From an uncultured Actinomycetes bacterium (GTDB lineage: Bacteria; Actinomycetota; UBA4738; HRBIN12): 64,000 nt of DNA. The DNA lies in NCBI GenBank assembly GCA_963850315.1, contig CAWKKN010000007.1, forward strand, positions 71,222 through 135,221, in the 5' to 3' direction. The notes under the pieces were generated by a model. That model searched no databases. It worked only from the letters and a program-made list of their open reading frames with translations, and was not told where the DNA came from. Position 1 is the stretch's first letter. Every line of letters starts with the position of its first letter. The position numbers were made by a program, and so were the translations under genes. This document shows, one piece after another, positions 27,006 to 37,434 of the stretch.

Positions 27006-27494
27006 ATGGAGATCAGGGAGATCGAAGCGCCCGAGGTCCCCCTCAGCTTCGATGAGTTCTTCCTCGATCAGCACGAGAGCTTGTACCGGGCGATGTACTT
27101 CGTGACGGGGAATCGCCAAGACGCCGAGGAACTGATGCAGGACGCCTTCCTGGGCCTGTGGGAGCGTTGGGACCGGGTGGGCGAGATCGAGGATCCCGTG
27201 GGCTACCTATTCCGGGTAGCCCTCAACGGGTTCCGCATGCGCGCCCGTCGGGCCAAGGTGGCCGCGAGGCATCTGGCGTCCGTGAACCCCACGGCCGATC
27301 CTTTCGACGACCTCGATCTCAAGGAGGATCTGCGTCGGATGCTGCTGCTGCTCACGCCGCGACAGCGGGCCGCGCTGGTGCTGACGGACGTGTACGGATA
27401 CAGCTCGGATCAGGCCGGCCACATGATGGGCATCCGGCCCACGACCGTGCGCGTGCTCGCCTCCCAAGGGCGAACCGCGCTCAAGGCGACGTGA
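27006..27494 (+). CDS. ECF-family RNA polymerase sigma factor
   Basis: ATG 27006 preceded by GAGGGAG. Region 2 (ELMQDAFLGLWERW...YLFRVALN) and region 4 (LTPRQRAALVLTDVYGYSSDQAGHMMGIRPTTVRVLASQGRTALK). Confidence 0.85.
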   Translation: MEIREIEAPEVPLSFDEFFLDQHESLYRAMYFVTGNRQDAEELMQDAFLGLWERWDRVGEIEDPVGYLFRVALNGFRMRARRAKVAARHLASVNPTADPFDDLDLKEDLRRMLLLLTPRQRAALVLTDVYGYSSDQAGHMMGIRPTTVRVLASQGRTALKAT

Positions 27495-27504
27495 GGAGGC
27501 GGGA

Positions 27505-28563
27505 ATGCCCGACGTGAAGGAGGTCTTCGAGCTGGTCACCCAGAAGTCCCGCCCCGACCCCGGCGCCCTGGGGCGCCAGCACACGCGTCAGGACTCGCGC
27601 GATCGACGGAAGCGGATCACGGCGCTCGCCGCGGCTGCTCTCTTGGTCGCTGTGGTAGCCGGCGCCTTCCTGCTGGCGCAGTCGGTGAACGACGGCACGG
27701 GCCCGGCGCACCGATCGACAAGCGTCACGGTGCCGGTTCTGTATCCGGCGAAGCCGTTGATCGTGGGTCTCGACGGCAGGGTGCGGGGCCGACTGCTGAA
27801 CATCCCGCCCGACGCCGACTCGCTCAACCTCTCACCCGACGGCCGCACGGTCGTGTTCGTCGCGAGCCAGCGCGGCTTGCCGCAGGTGGGCACGATCGGA
27901 GCCCGGGGCACGGGCCTCACCTTCCTCACGCATATGAGCGGGGCGACGATCCCTTCCACACCGGTCTGGTCGCCCGACGGCCGCCGGATCGCCTTCGCCG
28001 ACCGCCAGATCTACGTGATGGATGCCGACGGCTCCAACCTCCGGAGGCTCACCAGCGGATCGCGCGTCGACCAGTGGCCGAGCTGGTCGCCGGACGGGTC
28101 CACGATCGCGTACTCGAACAGCGGGAAGACGTTCCTGGACGAGAGCGGATTCTCTCCCACGCAGGAGATCTGGACGGTGCCCGCGAGCGGCGGAACGCCC
28201 ACCCGCCTCACCCACAACATCGCCGCAGACGACATGCCCTTCTTCTCGCCGAACGGCGGCAGGATCGCTTTCTTCAGCGATGGAGGGATCGCGATCATGG
28301 ATCCGAACGGCCGGCACGTCCACCTGCTACGGAACCTGCCCACCCATGTCTTCAACCCGAGGTGGTCCCCCGACGGTTCACGCCTTGCCTTCATCCAGTA
28401 CCGCCCGGGCCCCGGCGCGCTCGACAGGCCGTTGCTCACCGTGCACGTGATCGACCTGAAGACCGGCACGTTGACGACGATCCCCGGGAAGGTCGCGAGC
28501 GACGCCAACGCCGTCCAGTGGGCGTCCGACACCACGCTCATCGAGAACCGCTACGTGGGCTGA
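27505..28563 (+). CDS. Membrane-anchored TolB-like beta-propeller (PD40/WD40-like repeats) protein, putative anti-sigma factor partner
   Basis: Starts 10 nt after the sigma gene. Short cytoplasmic N-terminus, one TM (ITALAAAALLVAVVAGAFLLA), then repeated SPDGRxIAF / WSPDGS PD40 blades. Confidence 0.75.
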   Translation: MPDVKEVFELVTQKSRPDPGALGRQHTRQDSRDRRKRITALAAAALLVAVVAGAFLLAQSVNDGTGPAHRSTSVTVPVLYPAKPLIVGLDGRVRGRLLNIPPDADSLNLSPDGRTVVFVASQRGLPQVGTIGARGTGLTFLTHMSGATIPSTPVWSPDGRRIAFADRQIYVMDADGSNLRRLTSGSRVDQWPSWSPDGSTIAYSNSGKTFLDESGFSPTQEIWTVPASGGTPTRLTHNIAADDMPFFSPNGGRIAFFSDGGIAIMDPNGRHVHLLRNLPTHVFNPRWSPDGSRLAFIQYRPGPGALDRPLLTVHVIDLKTGTLTTIPGKVASDANAVQWASDTTLIENRYVG

Positions 28564-28576
28564 GGACGTTTCAGGA

Positions 28577-31075
28577 CTACTCGGTGGAGCCCGAGCCGGC
28601 GAGCTCGACCGGCGGGACGTCGGGTGGGATCGCCGATGCGCTCTCGAAGACGATCTGGCCGTCGCGCACGTCCACGATGATGGTCTGCCCCGCCCGGAAC
28701 TCCTTCCAAAGGAGCTTCTCCGAGAGCGGGTCCTCAACCAGACGTTGGATGGTGCGGCGCAGCGGCCGCGCACCGAGCGATTGGTCGTAGCCCTCCATCG
28801 CCAGGAGCGTCTTCGCCTCGTCGGTGAGCTCGATCTCGACGTCCTTGGCCTTCAACTGCTCGCGCACGCGTTTCATGAGCAGGTCGACGATCTCCTTCAC
28901 GTCGCCCTGGCTGAGCGAGCGGAACACGATGACCTCGTCGATACGGTTCAAGAACTCGGGACGGAAGGACCTCTTCAACTCCTCCTTGACCCTGTCCCGC
29001 ATCTTCTCGTACGTGACCTCCGCGTCGGCTGCGGCTGCGAAGCCGATCCCCGGACCCTTCTGGATGTCCCGGGTCCCCAGGTTCGAGGTCATGATGATGA
29101 TGGTGTTCTTGAAGTCGACCGTGCGGCCCTGCGAATCCGTGAGGCGGCCGTCCTCCAGGATCTGCAGCAACGTGTTGAACACGTCGGGATGCGCCTTCTC
29201 GATCTCGTCGAACAGGATCACGCTGAAGGGCTTGCGGCGCACGGCCTCCGTGAGCTGCCCACCCTCCTCGTAGCCGACGTAGCCGGGGGGCGAGCCGATC
29301 AGACGGCTCACCGTGTGCTTCTCCATGTACTCGGACATGTCCAGCTGGATCAGCGCGTCCTCATCGCCGAACAGGAACTCCGCGAGCGCCTTCGATAGTT
29401 CCGTCTTGCCCACACCCGAGGGACCGAGGAAGATGAACGAGCCCGCCGGACGCCGGGGATCCTTCAGGCCCGAGCGTGTACGCCGCATCGCGCGTGAGAC
29501 GGCCGAGATGGCCTCGTTCTGGGTGACGATCCGTTTGTGGAGTTCGTCCTCCATGCGCAGCAGCTTCTCGGTCTCCTCCTCGGTGAGCTTGAAGACGGGG
29601 ATGCCGGTCCAAAGCGACAGGACCTCGGCGATCTCCTCCTCGTCCACCTCGGACAGGATGTCCATCTCCCCGGACTTCCATTCCTGCTCGCGGCGGCTGC
29701 GCTCCTCTTGGAGCTGACGCTCCTCGTCGCGCAGGGCGGCGGCCTTCTCGAAGTCCTGTCCGTCGATGGCGGACTCCTTCTTGAGCCGGACCTCGGCGAT
29801 CTTCTCGTCCACCTCGCGGACGTTGGGCGGCGCCGTCATCCGACGGATCCGCATGCGGGACCCGGCCTCGTCGATCAGGTCGATGGCCTTGTCGGGCAGG
29901 TAGCGGTCCGAGATGTAGCGATCCGCGAGGTTCGCGGCCGCGACGAGCGCATCGTCGGTGTAGTTCACGCGGTGGTGCGCCTCGTAGCGGTCGCGCAGAC
30001 CCTTCAAGATCTCGATGGTGTGGGGGACGGACGGCTCCTTCACGTCGATCGGCTGGAAGCGCCGTTCGAGCGCGGCGTCCTTCTCGAGGTGTTTGCGGTA
30101 CTCGTCGCGTGTGGTGGCGCCGATCGTCTGTAGCTCACCGCGCGCAAGCATGGGCTTGAGGATGGAGGCGGCGTCGATGGCGCCTTCGGCCGCGCCGGCG
30201 CCCACCAGCGTGTGGAGCTCGTCGATGAACAGGACGATGTCCCCACGCGTCTTGATCTCCTTGAGGACCTTCTTGAGGCGCTCCTCGAAGTCGCCGCGGT
30301 AGCGCGAGCCGGCGACGAGGGCGCCGAGGTCCAGCGTGTAGATCTGCTTGCCCTTGAGCGTCTCCGGCACCTCGCCCTTGACGATGGCCTGGGACAGGCC
30401 CTCGACAACGGCGGTCTTGCCGACACCCGGCTCCCCGATCAGCACCGGGTTGTTCTTCGTCCGGCGCGACAGGACCTGCATGACGCGCTCGATCTCCTTC
30501 TCGCGGCCGATCACCGGGTCCAGCTTCTGGTCGCGGGCGAGCTGCGTGAGGTTGCGACCGAACTGGTCCAGGACCATCGACCCCTGCGGGCCGCCCTCGC
30601 CCTGAGGTCCGCCGCCGGGCGTGGTCTCCTTGCCGCCGGTGTAGCCCGACAGCAGCTGGATGACGGTCTGACGCACGCGGTTGAGGTCCGCGCCGAGCTT
30701 CTGCAGCACCTGGGCCGCGACGCCCTCGCCCTCGCGGATCAGACCGAGCAGGATGTGCTCGGTGCCGATGTAGTTGTGGCCGAGCTGCAGCGCCTCGCGG
30801 AGCGACAGCTCCAGGACCTTCTTCGCACGGGGGGTGAACGGGATGTGCCCGGTCGGGGCGGCCTGGCCCTGACCGATGATCTCCTCCACCTGGGAGCGCA
30901 CGGCTTCGAGCGAGATGTTGAGCGACTCGAGGGCCTTGGCGGCGACGCCCTCGCCCTCGTGGATCAGCCCGAGCAGGATGTGCTCGGTGCCGATGTAGTT
31001 GTGGTTGAGCATCCTGGCTTCTTCTTGCGCCAGGACCACCACGCGTCTGGCCCGATCCGTGAAGCGTTCGAACAT
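28577..31075 (-). CDS. clpC: ATP-dependent Clp protease ATP-binding subunit ClpC
   Basis: [13 protein letters not shown]... Clp_N repeats, two AAA+ modules ([16 protein letters not shown]) and a UVR motif. Start ATG 31075. Confidence 0.95.
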   Translation of the reverse strand: MFERFTDRARRVVVLAQEEARMLNHNYIGTEHILLGLIHEGEGVAAKALESLNISLEAVRSQVEEIIGQGQAAPTGHIPFTPRAKKVLELSLREALQLGHNYIGTEHILLGLIREGEGVAAQVLQKLGADLNRVRQTVIQLLSGYTGGKETTPGGGPQGEGGPQGSMVLDQFGRNLTQLARDQKLDPVIGREKEIERVMQVLSRRTKNNPVLIGEPGVGKTAVVEGLSQAIVKGEVPETLKGKQIYTLDLGALVAGSRYRGDFEERLKKVLKEIKTRGDIVLFIDELHTLVGAGAAEGAIDAASILKPMLARGELQTIGATTRDEYRKHLEKDAALERRFQPIDVKEPSVPHTIEILKGLRDRYEAHHRVNYTDDALVAAANLADRYISDRYLPDKAIDLIDEAGSRMRIRRMTAPPNVREVDEKIAEVRLKKESAIDGQDFEKAAALRDEERQLQEERSRREQEWKSGEMDILSEVDEEEIAEVLSLWTGIPVFKLTEEETEKLLRMEDELHKRIVTQNEAISAVSRAMRRTRSGLKDPRRPAGSFIFLGPSGVGKTELSKALAEFLFGDEDALIQLDMSEYMEKHTVSRLIGSPPGYVGYEEGGQLTEAVRRKPFSVILFDEIEKAHPDVFNTLLQILEDGRLTDSQGRTVDFKNTIIIMTSNLGTRDIQKGPGIGFAAAADAEVTYEKMRDRVKEELKRSFRPEFLNRIDEVIVFRSLSQGDVKEIVDLLMKRVREQLKAKDVEIELTDEAKTLLAMEGYDQSLGARPLRRTIQRLVEDPLSEKLLWKEFRAGQTIIVDVRDGQIVFESASAIPPDVPPVELAGSGSTE

Positions 31076-31517
31076 GTCAGCGTCCTTTAGGCCCTCGCCC
31101 CGCATGTCCGGCCCCAGGGATCCGCGGACCCCGTCCTACCCCCGAGGCGCCTGGGGCGCCACACCCGGTACCCGGCCGCAGCGCCCACCGAACGTGAGTA
31201 TACCTGTGGGCCCCGATAAGCCTCGAACCCGTCCCGCATCTTCCGGCCCTTCGCTCCTCGACGCTCCTGTATACGGTTCTTCGGACGCCGCGCGCTCGGG
31301 GATGAGCCTTCCTGCGATGGTTTTCGCGCGTGATCGGCGGGCAAGGGCTCCGAGGGCCGGGGGAGGCCAAAGGTCGGATAGGGGTCCTCCGTTCGGACTA
31401 ATCGAAGTCCCCCGGATGGCAGATTGCGCGCGGCCGACACGCGGCGAGAGAATCTCCCCACCTTCCCCCCGCATCGGCCGTGCCACCAAGCATCACAAGG
31501 AAGGGAGAGCCCCTGAA

Positions 31518-31916
31518 GTGCGGAGCTTCTCGGCACCGTTAGGAGACAAGGACGTGCGCGTGCTCGTGGTCGATGACCACCCCGCCTTCCGCAAGGCGTT
31601 GACCTCGGCCCTGCGCCTCGTCGGTGACATCGAGGTCGCCGGAGAGGCCGGCGGTGGCGTGGCCGCCTGCGAGGGCGCGGAGGAGCTGAAGCCCGACGTC
31701 GTCCTGATGGATCTGTCCATGCCCGACCTTTCGGGGATCGACGCGATGAAGAAGATCCACGAGACCCAGCCCGATCTTCCGGTGGTGATCCTCACGGCCC
31801 ACGCGGACGAGGGCGTGGAGCGCGCCGCCCGCGAAGCCGGCGCCTCCGGATTCCTCGCGAAAGGGACCGGCCTGCAGGATCTGGTCGTGGTGCTACACGA
31901 GGCCGCGGAGGAATAG
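31518..31916 (+). CDS. Single-domain response regulator (REC only)
   Basis: GTG 31518 follows AAGGGAGAG with an 8-nt spacer. VRVLVVDDHPAFRKAL...DVVLMDLSMPDLSG...VVILTAH. No DNA-binding domain. Confidence 0.7.
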   Translation: MRSFSAPLGDKDVRVLVVDDHPAFRKALTSALRLVGDIEVAGEAGGGVAACEGAEELKPDVVLMDLSMPDLSGIDAMKKIHETQPDLPVVILTAHADEGVERAAREAGASGFLAKGTGLQDLVVVLHEAAEE

Positions 31917-31931
31917 CCGGGGAACGTCCTT

Positions 31932-32345
31932 CTAGGAGCGGAGCGCCTCGACGTTGCGAAGACGTCCGCAGAGCTCCACCAACATCGAACGCATCAACTC
32001 GGGATGCTTGTCCAGGAGCTGGTTGAACGTCCACGACGGGATCGCGAGGGTCTTCAGATCCGTGACCGCCTTGATCGTGGCCGAGCGAGGCTTCCCGTCC
32101 AGCAGCGACATCTCGCCGAAGTAGGCGCCGGGGCCGAGTGTGCCCACCGGCGTGCCCCCCACGATCGCCTCGGCCGTGCCCTCCAGGATCAGGTGGAAGC
32201 CGACGCCGGCTTCGTCGGACTCCACGATGCGCTGGCCGGCGGAGTGGGTGACCTCCTTGGAGATCGACAGCACGTCGCGTAGGGCGCGGTTCTTCATATC
32301 GGAGAAGAGCGGCACGGCCCTCAGGGTGTCCAGATCTGCCGGCAT
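31932..32345 (-). CDS. Cyclic nucleotide-binding (cNMP/CAP-effector) domain protein
   Basis: 137 aa. The beta-barrel motif GAYFGEMSLLDGKPRSATIKA fits the cAMP phosphate-binding cassette. No HTH. Confidence 0.8.
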   Translation of the reverse strand: MPADLDTLRAVPLFSDMKNRALRDVLSISKEVTHSAGQRIVESDEAGVGFHLILEGTAEAIVGGTPVGTLGPGAYFGEMSLLDGKPRSATIKAVTDLKTLAIPSWTFNQLLDKHPELMRSMLVELCGRLRNVEALRS

Positions 32346-32382
32346 GATCGCGGCCCAGCATAGCCGCGGCCGTCGACGCGCG

Positions 32383-33918
32383 CTACGCGCGGTCGTCGGC
32401 CTCCGCGCCGGCCTCGGGGCGGTGACTGGGGAACATGATGAGGTCGCGCAGACTCGGGGCGTCGGTTAGCAGCATCAGCAGGCGGTCGACGCCGAGGCCC
32501 AGTCCGCCCGCCGGCGGCATGCCGTGCTCGAGCGCTCGGAGGAAGTCCTCGTCGAGGGGATGGGCTTCCTCGCCCAGCACGTCCTTCATCGCCTGCTGCA
32601 GCTCGAATTTCGCCCGCTGCTCGACGGGGTCCGTCAACTCGGAGAACGCCGTTACCAGCTCCAACCCGCCGGCGACGAGATCGAAATGCTCGGTGAGGTC
32701 CGGATCGTCGCGATGGGGCCGCGCGAGCGGCGATACCTCGCGGGGGAAGTCGCAGACGAAGGTGGGGCGAACGATCGTCTCCTCCACGAGCCGTTCGAAC
32801 AGTTCCTGGACGATCTTGCCCGGGCCCCACGACGGCTCGACGGCGAGATCGTGACGCGCGGCGATGTCGCGCAGGTCCGGACGCCCCAGCGTGATCTCCT
32901 CCCCCGTGGCGGCCGAGACCGACCCCAGGACCGTGATGCGATCGAAGGGGAGCGACAGGTCGATGGGCATCCCCCGATACGCGAGGACGGTTTCGCCCGG
33001 GTCGCGCCCGAACAGGGGCGCCACCGCGCGGGCGCTCGCGGTCACCAGCGCCTCGGAGAGGTCCATCATGGTGTGATAGTCGCCGTAGGCGCGGTAGGCC
33101 TCGAGCATCGTGAACTCGGGGTTGTGATCGCGATCGATGCCCTCGTTGCGGAAGTTCCGGCCGATCTCATAGATACGCTCCACGCCGCCCACCAGCATCC
33201 GCTTGAGGTAGAGCTCCAGGGAGATGCGGAGCTTCATCGGCGTGTCGAGGGCCTGGTGATAGGTCGAGAAGGGGCGCGCGTTCGCGCCGCCCGCGGTGGT
33301 CTGCAACATCGGTCCTTCGAACTCCACATACCCCTGTTCGTCGAGCACGCGGCGGATGGCGCGCAGGACCGCGGCCCGCGCGAGGAAGTAGCGGCGCGGC
33401 GTGTCGTCCACGATGAGATGGAGGTAGCGCCTCCGCTGTTGGAGGTCGGGATCCTTGAGGCCGTGCCACTTCTCGGGGAGGGGCCGCAGCGCCTTCGTGA
33501 GCAGGGTGAGTGTCTCGACCTTCAACGACAACTCGCCCCGCTTGGTGCGGACCACCTGCCCCGTGGCACCGACGATGTCGCCCAGATCGATCTCCTCCAG
33601 CAAGGCGTAGCCCGCCTCGCTCATCGATGCCTGCTCGCAGAACAGCTGCAGGTCGCCCGTGCGGTCTCGGATCACGAGGAACGACAGCTTGCCGTGTCGA
33701 CGCGCGAGCACGACCCGGCCCGCCACCGCCGCCCGCCGGTCCGACTCCTCCCCGTTCGCGAGCCTGCCGTCCGGGAACTCCGCGCGGAGATCGGCCGCCC
33801 ACGAATCCTGGGGGAACGTCAGGGCGAACGGCGGGATGCCCCGGTCCCCCAGGCGTTCGCGGCTCTCGCGCCGCGCGGCGAGCACGTCGTGCTCGCGAGA
33901 CCCCAGGTCCTCAGGCAT
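32383..33918 (-). CDS. lysS: Lysine--tRNA ligase (class II)
   Basis: 511 aa. Class II motifs [20 protein letters not shown] and [16 protein letters not shown]-terminal anticodon-binding OB fold. Confidence 0.9.
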   Translation of the reverse strand: MPEDLGSREHDVLAARRESRERLGDRGIPPFALTFPQDSWAADLRAEFPDGRLANGEESDRRAAVAGRVVLARRHGKLSFLVIRDRTGDLQLFCEQASMSEAGYALLEEIDLGDIVGATGQVVRTKRGELSLKVETLTLLTKALRPLPEKWHGLKDPDLQQRRRYLHLIVDDTPRRYFLARAAVLRAIRRVLDEQGYVEFEGPMLQTTAGGANARPFSTYHQALDTPMKLRISLELYLKRMLVGGVERIYEIGRNFRNEGIDRDHNPEFTMLEAYRAYGDYHTMMDLSEALVTASARAVAPLFGRDPGETVLAYRGMPIDLSLPFDRITVLGSVSAATGEEITLGRPDLRDIAARHDLAVEPSWGPGKIVQELFERLVEETIVRPTFVCDFPREVSPLARPHRDDPDLTEHFDLVAGGLELVTAFSELTDPVEQRAKFELQQAMKDVLGEEAHPLDEDFLRALEHGMPPAGGLGLGVDRLLMLLTDAPSLRDLIMFPSHRPEAGAEADDRA

Positions 33919-34735
33919 CGGCCGGGTTCTTCTCGAAGACCAGGCGCAACCCCTCGAGGGTGAGCCACGGCTCGTGGTGGTCGACCGTGCTGCAGTGGGG
34001 CAGCACGACGGGTGCCAGGCCTCCCGTGGCGATCACGGTCGCCGCGCCCAACTCGCCGCGGATCCGCGTCACGAGGGCGTCCACCTCACCCGCCGTGCCG
34101 AAGACCAGCCCCGACTGGATCGCCTCAACCGTGCTCCTGCCGATCACGCTGGGCGGCGCCGTGAGCTCTACCCGCGTGAGACGCGCCGTGCGCGAGAACA
34201 AGCTTGCCGCGCTCGCCTGCATGCCGGGCGCGATCACCCCACCGACGAACTCACCGGCCGCCGAGACGACGTCGAAGTTGGTCGCGGTGCCGAAGTCGAC
34301 CACGATCGCGGGGCCGCCGAACTTCGTGAACGCGGCAAGCGTGTTCACGACGCGGTCGGCGCCGACCTCGCGGGGGTTGTCGGTGAGGATGGGCACCCCG
34401 GTCCTCGTGCCCGGCCCCACGAGGACCGGCGCAAACGCGAACAGATGCGCGGCCATCTCCCGGAACGCCGCCGTGACGTCGGGCACCACGGAGGCCACCA
34501 CGAGCCCGCTCACCCCCGTGTCGAGCGCCATGCCCCGCTGGGCGAGGAACCCCCCCAGCGCAAGCGCGAGCTCGTCCGACGTGCGTTCGGGCCGGGTGGA
34601 CAGTCGCCAGGTGTGCGCGAGCCGGGCGCCGTCGAACACGCCCAGCACGATCTCGGTGTTGCCGACGTCGGCGGCAAGCAGCACGGCCCGTTCAGGTCCC
34701 CTCGTCTCCGCCGACCATCGTGGCGGATGGACCAT
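33911..34735 (-). CDS. coaX: Type III pantothenate kinase
   Basis: LLAADVGNTEIVLGVF...IVVDFGTATNFDVV...GGLAP motifs. Overlaps the lysS start by 8 nt. Confidence 0.9.
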   Translation of the reverse strand: MVHPPRWSAETRGPERAVLLAADVGNTEIVLGVFDGARLAHTWRLSTRPERTSDELALALGGFLAQRGMALDTGVSGLVVASVVPDVTAAFREMAAHLFAFAPVLVGPGTRTGVPILTDNPREVGADRVVNTLAAFTKFGGPAIVVDFGTATNFDVVSAAGEFVGGVIAPGMQASAASLFSRTARLTRVELTAPPSVIGRSTVEAIQSGLVFGTAGEVDALVTRIRGELGAATVIATGGLAPVVLPHCSTVDHHEPWLTLEGLRLVFEKNPADA

Positions 34736-35642
34736 CGTCGCCCACCCGCTCCCCCGGCGACAACCGGCCGGGGAGCCGGGAAGGGAGCCCGGCAGGGAGT
34801 CGCAGGTTGTCGATGAGGCGGACCCTGCCGAAGCCGGCGGCGACCAGGGCGCGAGCCTCCACGCCGGGGCTCAGCCGATCGACGGGCTCGAACGTGACCT
34901 CGTCGACGACCGCGGTGTAGTCGATGCGCGCCCGCGTCGCCGCACCCACCTCGCGCGCGATCGCGGCCACGAGCCGACGCGCGTCACGCTCGCCTGCGCG
35001 CGCCAGGGTCGCCGCCTCCGAGAGGCCGAGGAACAGGCAGCCGGCCTCCCCTCGGTCCTCGGCAGACAGGTACGCGTTGCGCGATGAGCACGCGAGGCCA
35101 TCGGGCTCGCGGATCGTCGGGCACGCGACGATCCGTGCGGGAAGTCCGAGCTGTTCCACCATCCGGCGGACCAGGAACAGCTGTTGGGCGTCCTTCTCGC
35201 CGAAGAAGGCGTCGCAGGGACCCGTAACGTCGAGCAGCCGGCGCACCACCTTGAGGACGCCGGCGAAGTGGCCGGGACGCGACGCGCCCTCGAAGCGCCC
35301 ACCCACGGGCCCCGGATCGGGCGCCGGCGGCTCGACGCCCGGCGGATACATCTGCTCGAGCCCCGGAGCCCAGACCGCATCGACCCCGAGCCGCTCGCAG
35401 ACGACGAGGTCCCTGTCCTCATCCCTCGGGTAACGCTCGAAGTCCTCCTCCGCCGCGAACTGCAGCGGGTTCACGAAGATCGAGACGACGACGAAGAGGT
35501 CGAGCGAACGCGCGCGATCGATGAGGGACACGTGGCCCTCATGGAGCGCGCCCATCGTCGGGACGAGACCCGCCGTGCGGTCGTGCGAACGGGCCGCGTC
35601 CGTGACCGCGCGCAGGGCCTCGGCCTCGCGGATCAGCTCCAC
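34692..35642 (-). CDS. panC: Pantoate--beta-alanine ligase
   Basis: GTG 35642 overlaps the stop of the upstream DUF2520 gene. VPTMGALHEGHVSLI (HIGH-like) and FGEKDAQQL motifs. Overlaps coaX by 44 nt. Confidence 0.85.
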   Translation of the reverse strand: MELIREAEALRAVTDAARSHDRTAGLVPTMGALHEGHVSLIDRARSLDLFVVVSIFVNPLQFAAEEDFERYPRDEDRDLVVCERLGVDAVWAPGLEQMYPPGVEPPAPDPGPVGGRFEGASRPGHFAGVLKVVRRLLDVTGPCDAFFGEKDAQQLFLVRRMVEQLGLPARIVACPTIREPDGLACSSRNAYLSAEDRGEAGCLFLGLSEAATLARAGERDARRLVAAIAREVGAATRARIDYTAVVDEVTFEPVDRLSPGVEARALVAAGFGRVRLIDNLRLPAGLPSRLPGRLSPGERVGDDGPSATMVGGDEGT

Positions 35643-36496
35643 CGCGCCAGCACCGCCTCGACCCCCGCCCGGCCTTCGGGCGACAGACGTCCGCTCTGCG
35701 TCGCGAGGTCGAGTGCCGTCCTGGCAAGCGCCACGTAGACCGCCACCGCACCGGGAGCGCTCGCTGCGAGCGCCGTGAGGTTCCGATCGACCGTGCCGGC
35801 GTCCCCGCGCACCGCGGGTCCGGTGAGGGCCTTCGCGGGGCCGAGCTCCGCCACGTTGTCGAGCGTGGCTTGCTGGAGCGGGTGCATCGCGCGCGCGGGA
35901 TCCGGGACCCCCGCCGCCGCGAACAGCCCTCTCGAGAGAGCGGAGAGCGCCACGAGGTCGTTGGACGCGAGTACCGCGGCCGCGTGGTAGAGGGGGCGGA
36001 GCTCCTCCGCCAACCGGAACGGCTCGCCCAGGAGGTCGTCGGCGATGCGCTCGGCGACCACGTAGCCCTCTTCGTCGTCGGCGGAGACGGCGATCGCGCT
36101 GCCGGGGATCCGGTCGAGGCCGCGGCCGACGTCCGGGATGGTCTGAAGCGGATGGATGCTCAAGCGCCTCGCGCCCGCATCGCGCGCCGGCTGGAGCACG
36201 TCGAGCGCCAGGGCGCCCGAGCAATGCGCCACGAACTGGCCGGGACCCAGCGCGTTCGCGGACGCGAGCGACAGCACCGTGGGGGCGATGAGATCGTCCG
36301 GGACACCCACCAGGACGAGCTGGGCGTCGCGGGCCGCGTCGGCGGGCTCCGAGAACCGCGCGTCGGGCAGGAACCGCGTTGCGCGGTCGCGCGTGGGACC
36401 GCGCCCCGACACAGCCACGACGCGGTGGCCCGCGCGCACCAGGAGCACTCCGGCGGCGGTGCCGACGCTGCCCGCGCCCACGATCGCGATCTTCAC
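35633..36496 (-). CDS. DUF2520/Rossmann-fold putative oxidoreductase (Rv3603c-like, panC-associated)
   Basis: MKIAIVGAGSVGTAAG is a NAD-binding Rossmann start. Position upstream of panC as in mycobacteria. Confidence 0.7.
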   Translation of the reverse strand: MKIAIVGAGSVGTAAGVLLVRAGHRVVAVSGRGPTRDRATRFLPDARFSEPADAARDAQLVLVGVPDDLIAPTVLSLASANALGPGQFVAHCSGALALDVLQPARDAGARRLSIHPLQTIPDVGRGLDRIPGSAIAVSADDEEGYVVAERIADDLLGEPFRLAEELRPLYHAAAVLASNDLVALSALSRGLFAAAGVPDPARAMHPLQQATLDNVAELGPAKALTGPAVRGDAGTVDRNLTALAASAPGAVAVYVALARTALDLATQSGRLSPEGRAGVEAVLARWS

Positions 36497-36563
36497 GGCG
36501 CGACTTTCATCGCGCGCCCTCCGGCCCGACCCTCATCGCGGCCTGCGGCGCGACCCTCACGGA

Positions 36564-37121
36564 TCAAGCTCCCGGTCCCACGGCGAGCGGCGGCGCGAAC
36601 GGCCGAACTCCATCGGCGGCGCCTGGGCCGAGCGGGATCGCGGTGAGGTGGCGGCCGTCGGGCAGAACCGGATCGGGGTCGAGCTCCAGCAAGGGCAACA
36701 ACACGAACGCCCGCTCCATCATGCGCGGGTGGGGGACCGTGAGATCGTCCTCGTCCACGCTCATCGCATCGATCGTCAGGATGTCGACGTCGACCGTTCG
36801 GGGACCCCACCGGATGTCCCGCACGCGTCCGAGCGCCGCTTCGACGCGGTGACAGGCCGCCAGCAGATCCTGCGGCTCCGAAGAGGTATCAACCGAGATG
36901 ACGGCGTTCAGGTAGTCGGGCTGCTCGGGCCCGCCGACGGGGTCGGTCTCCCACACCCGCGACGACGCGACGACCACGATCCCGGGTTCTGCGTCCAACA
37001 GGTCGACGGCCTGCTGCAAGGTCGCGAGACGATCGCCGAGGTTGGAGCCCAGTGAAAGGAAGGCCTGCACGGATGGTTCAGCCGTCCGCTGAGGGAGACG
37101 TGGCGGCGGCCGCAACGCCAT
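36564..37121 (-). CDS. folK: 2-amino-4-hydroxy-6-hydroxymethyldihydropteridine diphosphokinase (HPPK)
   Basis: AFLSLGSNLGDR...DVDIL...PHPRMMERAFVLLPL are conserved HPPK motifs. Confidence 0.85.
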   Translation of the reverse strand: MALRPPPRLPQRTAEPSVQAFLSLGSNLGDRLATLQQAVDLLDAEPGIVVVASSRVWETDPVGGPEQPDYLNAVISVDTSSEPQDLLAACHRVEAALGRVRDIRWGPRTVDVDILTIDAMSVDEDDLTVPHPRMMERAFVLLPLLELDPDPVLPDGRHLTAIPLGPGAADGVRPFAPPLAVGPGA

Positions 37122-37434
37122 CGATCTCCAGACGGCGCGCGGCGGCCGGCTTGTGCACGAGGGCGGTGACGCGCAGCACGCGCGGCATCTCCATCACCTC
37201 GTCCGCGATCGCCCGGGCCATCGCCTCGATCAGATCGAAGGAGCCGTCCCGCACCACCCCGCGGACGGTCTCGGTGATATCCCGATAGTCGGCGGTGCCT
37301 CCGACCGAGTCGCCGGCCACGTCGACCTCTAGGTCCAGATCCACCACGAACTCCTGCCGCTCGTCCTTCTCCCCCGGCCGCGCGCCGTGGTGGCCGGCGG
37401 CCCGGATCCCAGAGAGGAACAGCCGCGACCTCAT
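37078..37434 (-). CDS. folB: Dihydroneopterin aldolase
   Basis: 118 aa. GHHGARPGEKDERQEFVVDL...DYRDI matches FolB. Overlaps folK. Confidence 0.8.
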   Translation of the reverse strand: MRSRLFLSGIRAAGHHGARPGEKDERQEFVVDLDLEVDVAGDSVGGTADYRDITETVRGVVRDGSFDLIEAMARAIADEVMEMPRVLRVTALVHKPAAARRLEIDGVAAAATSPSADG

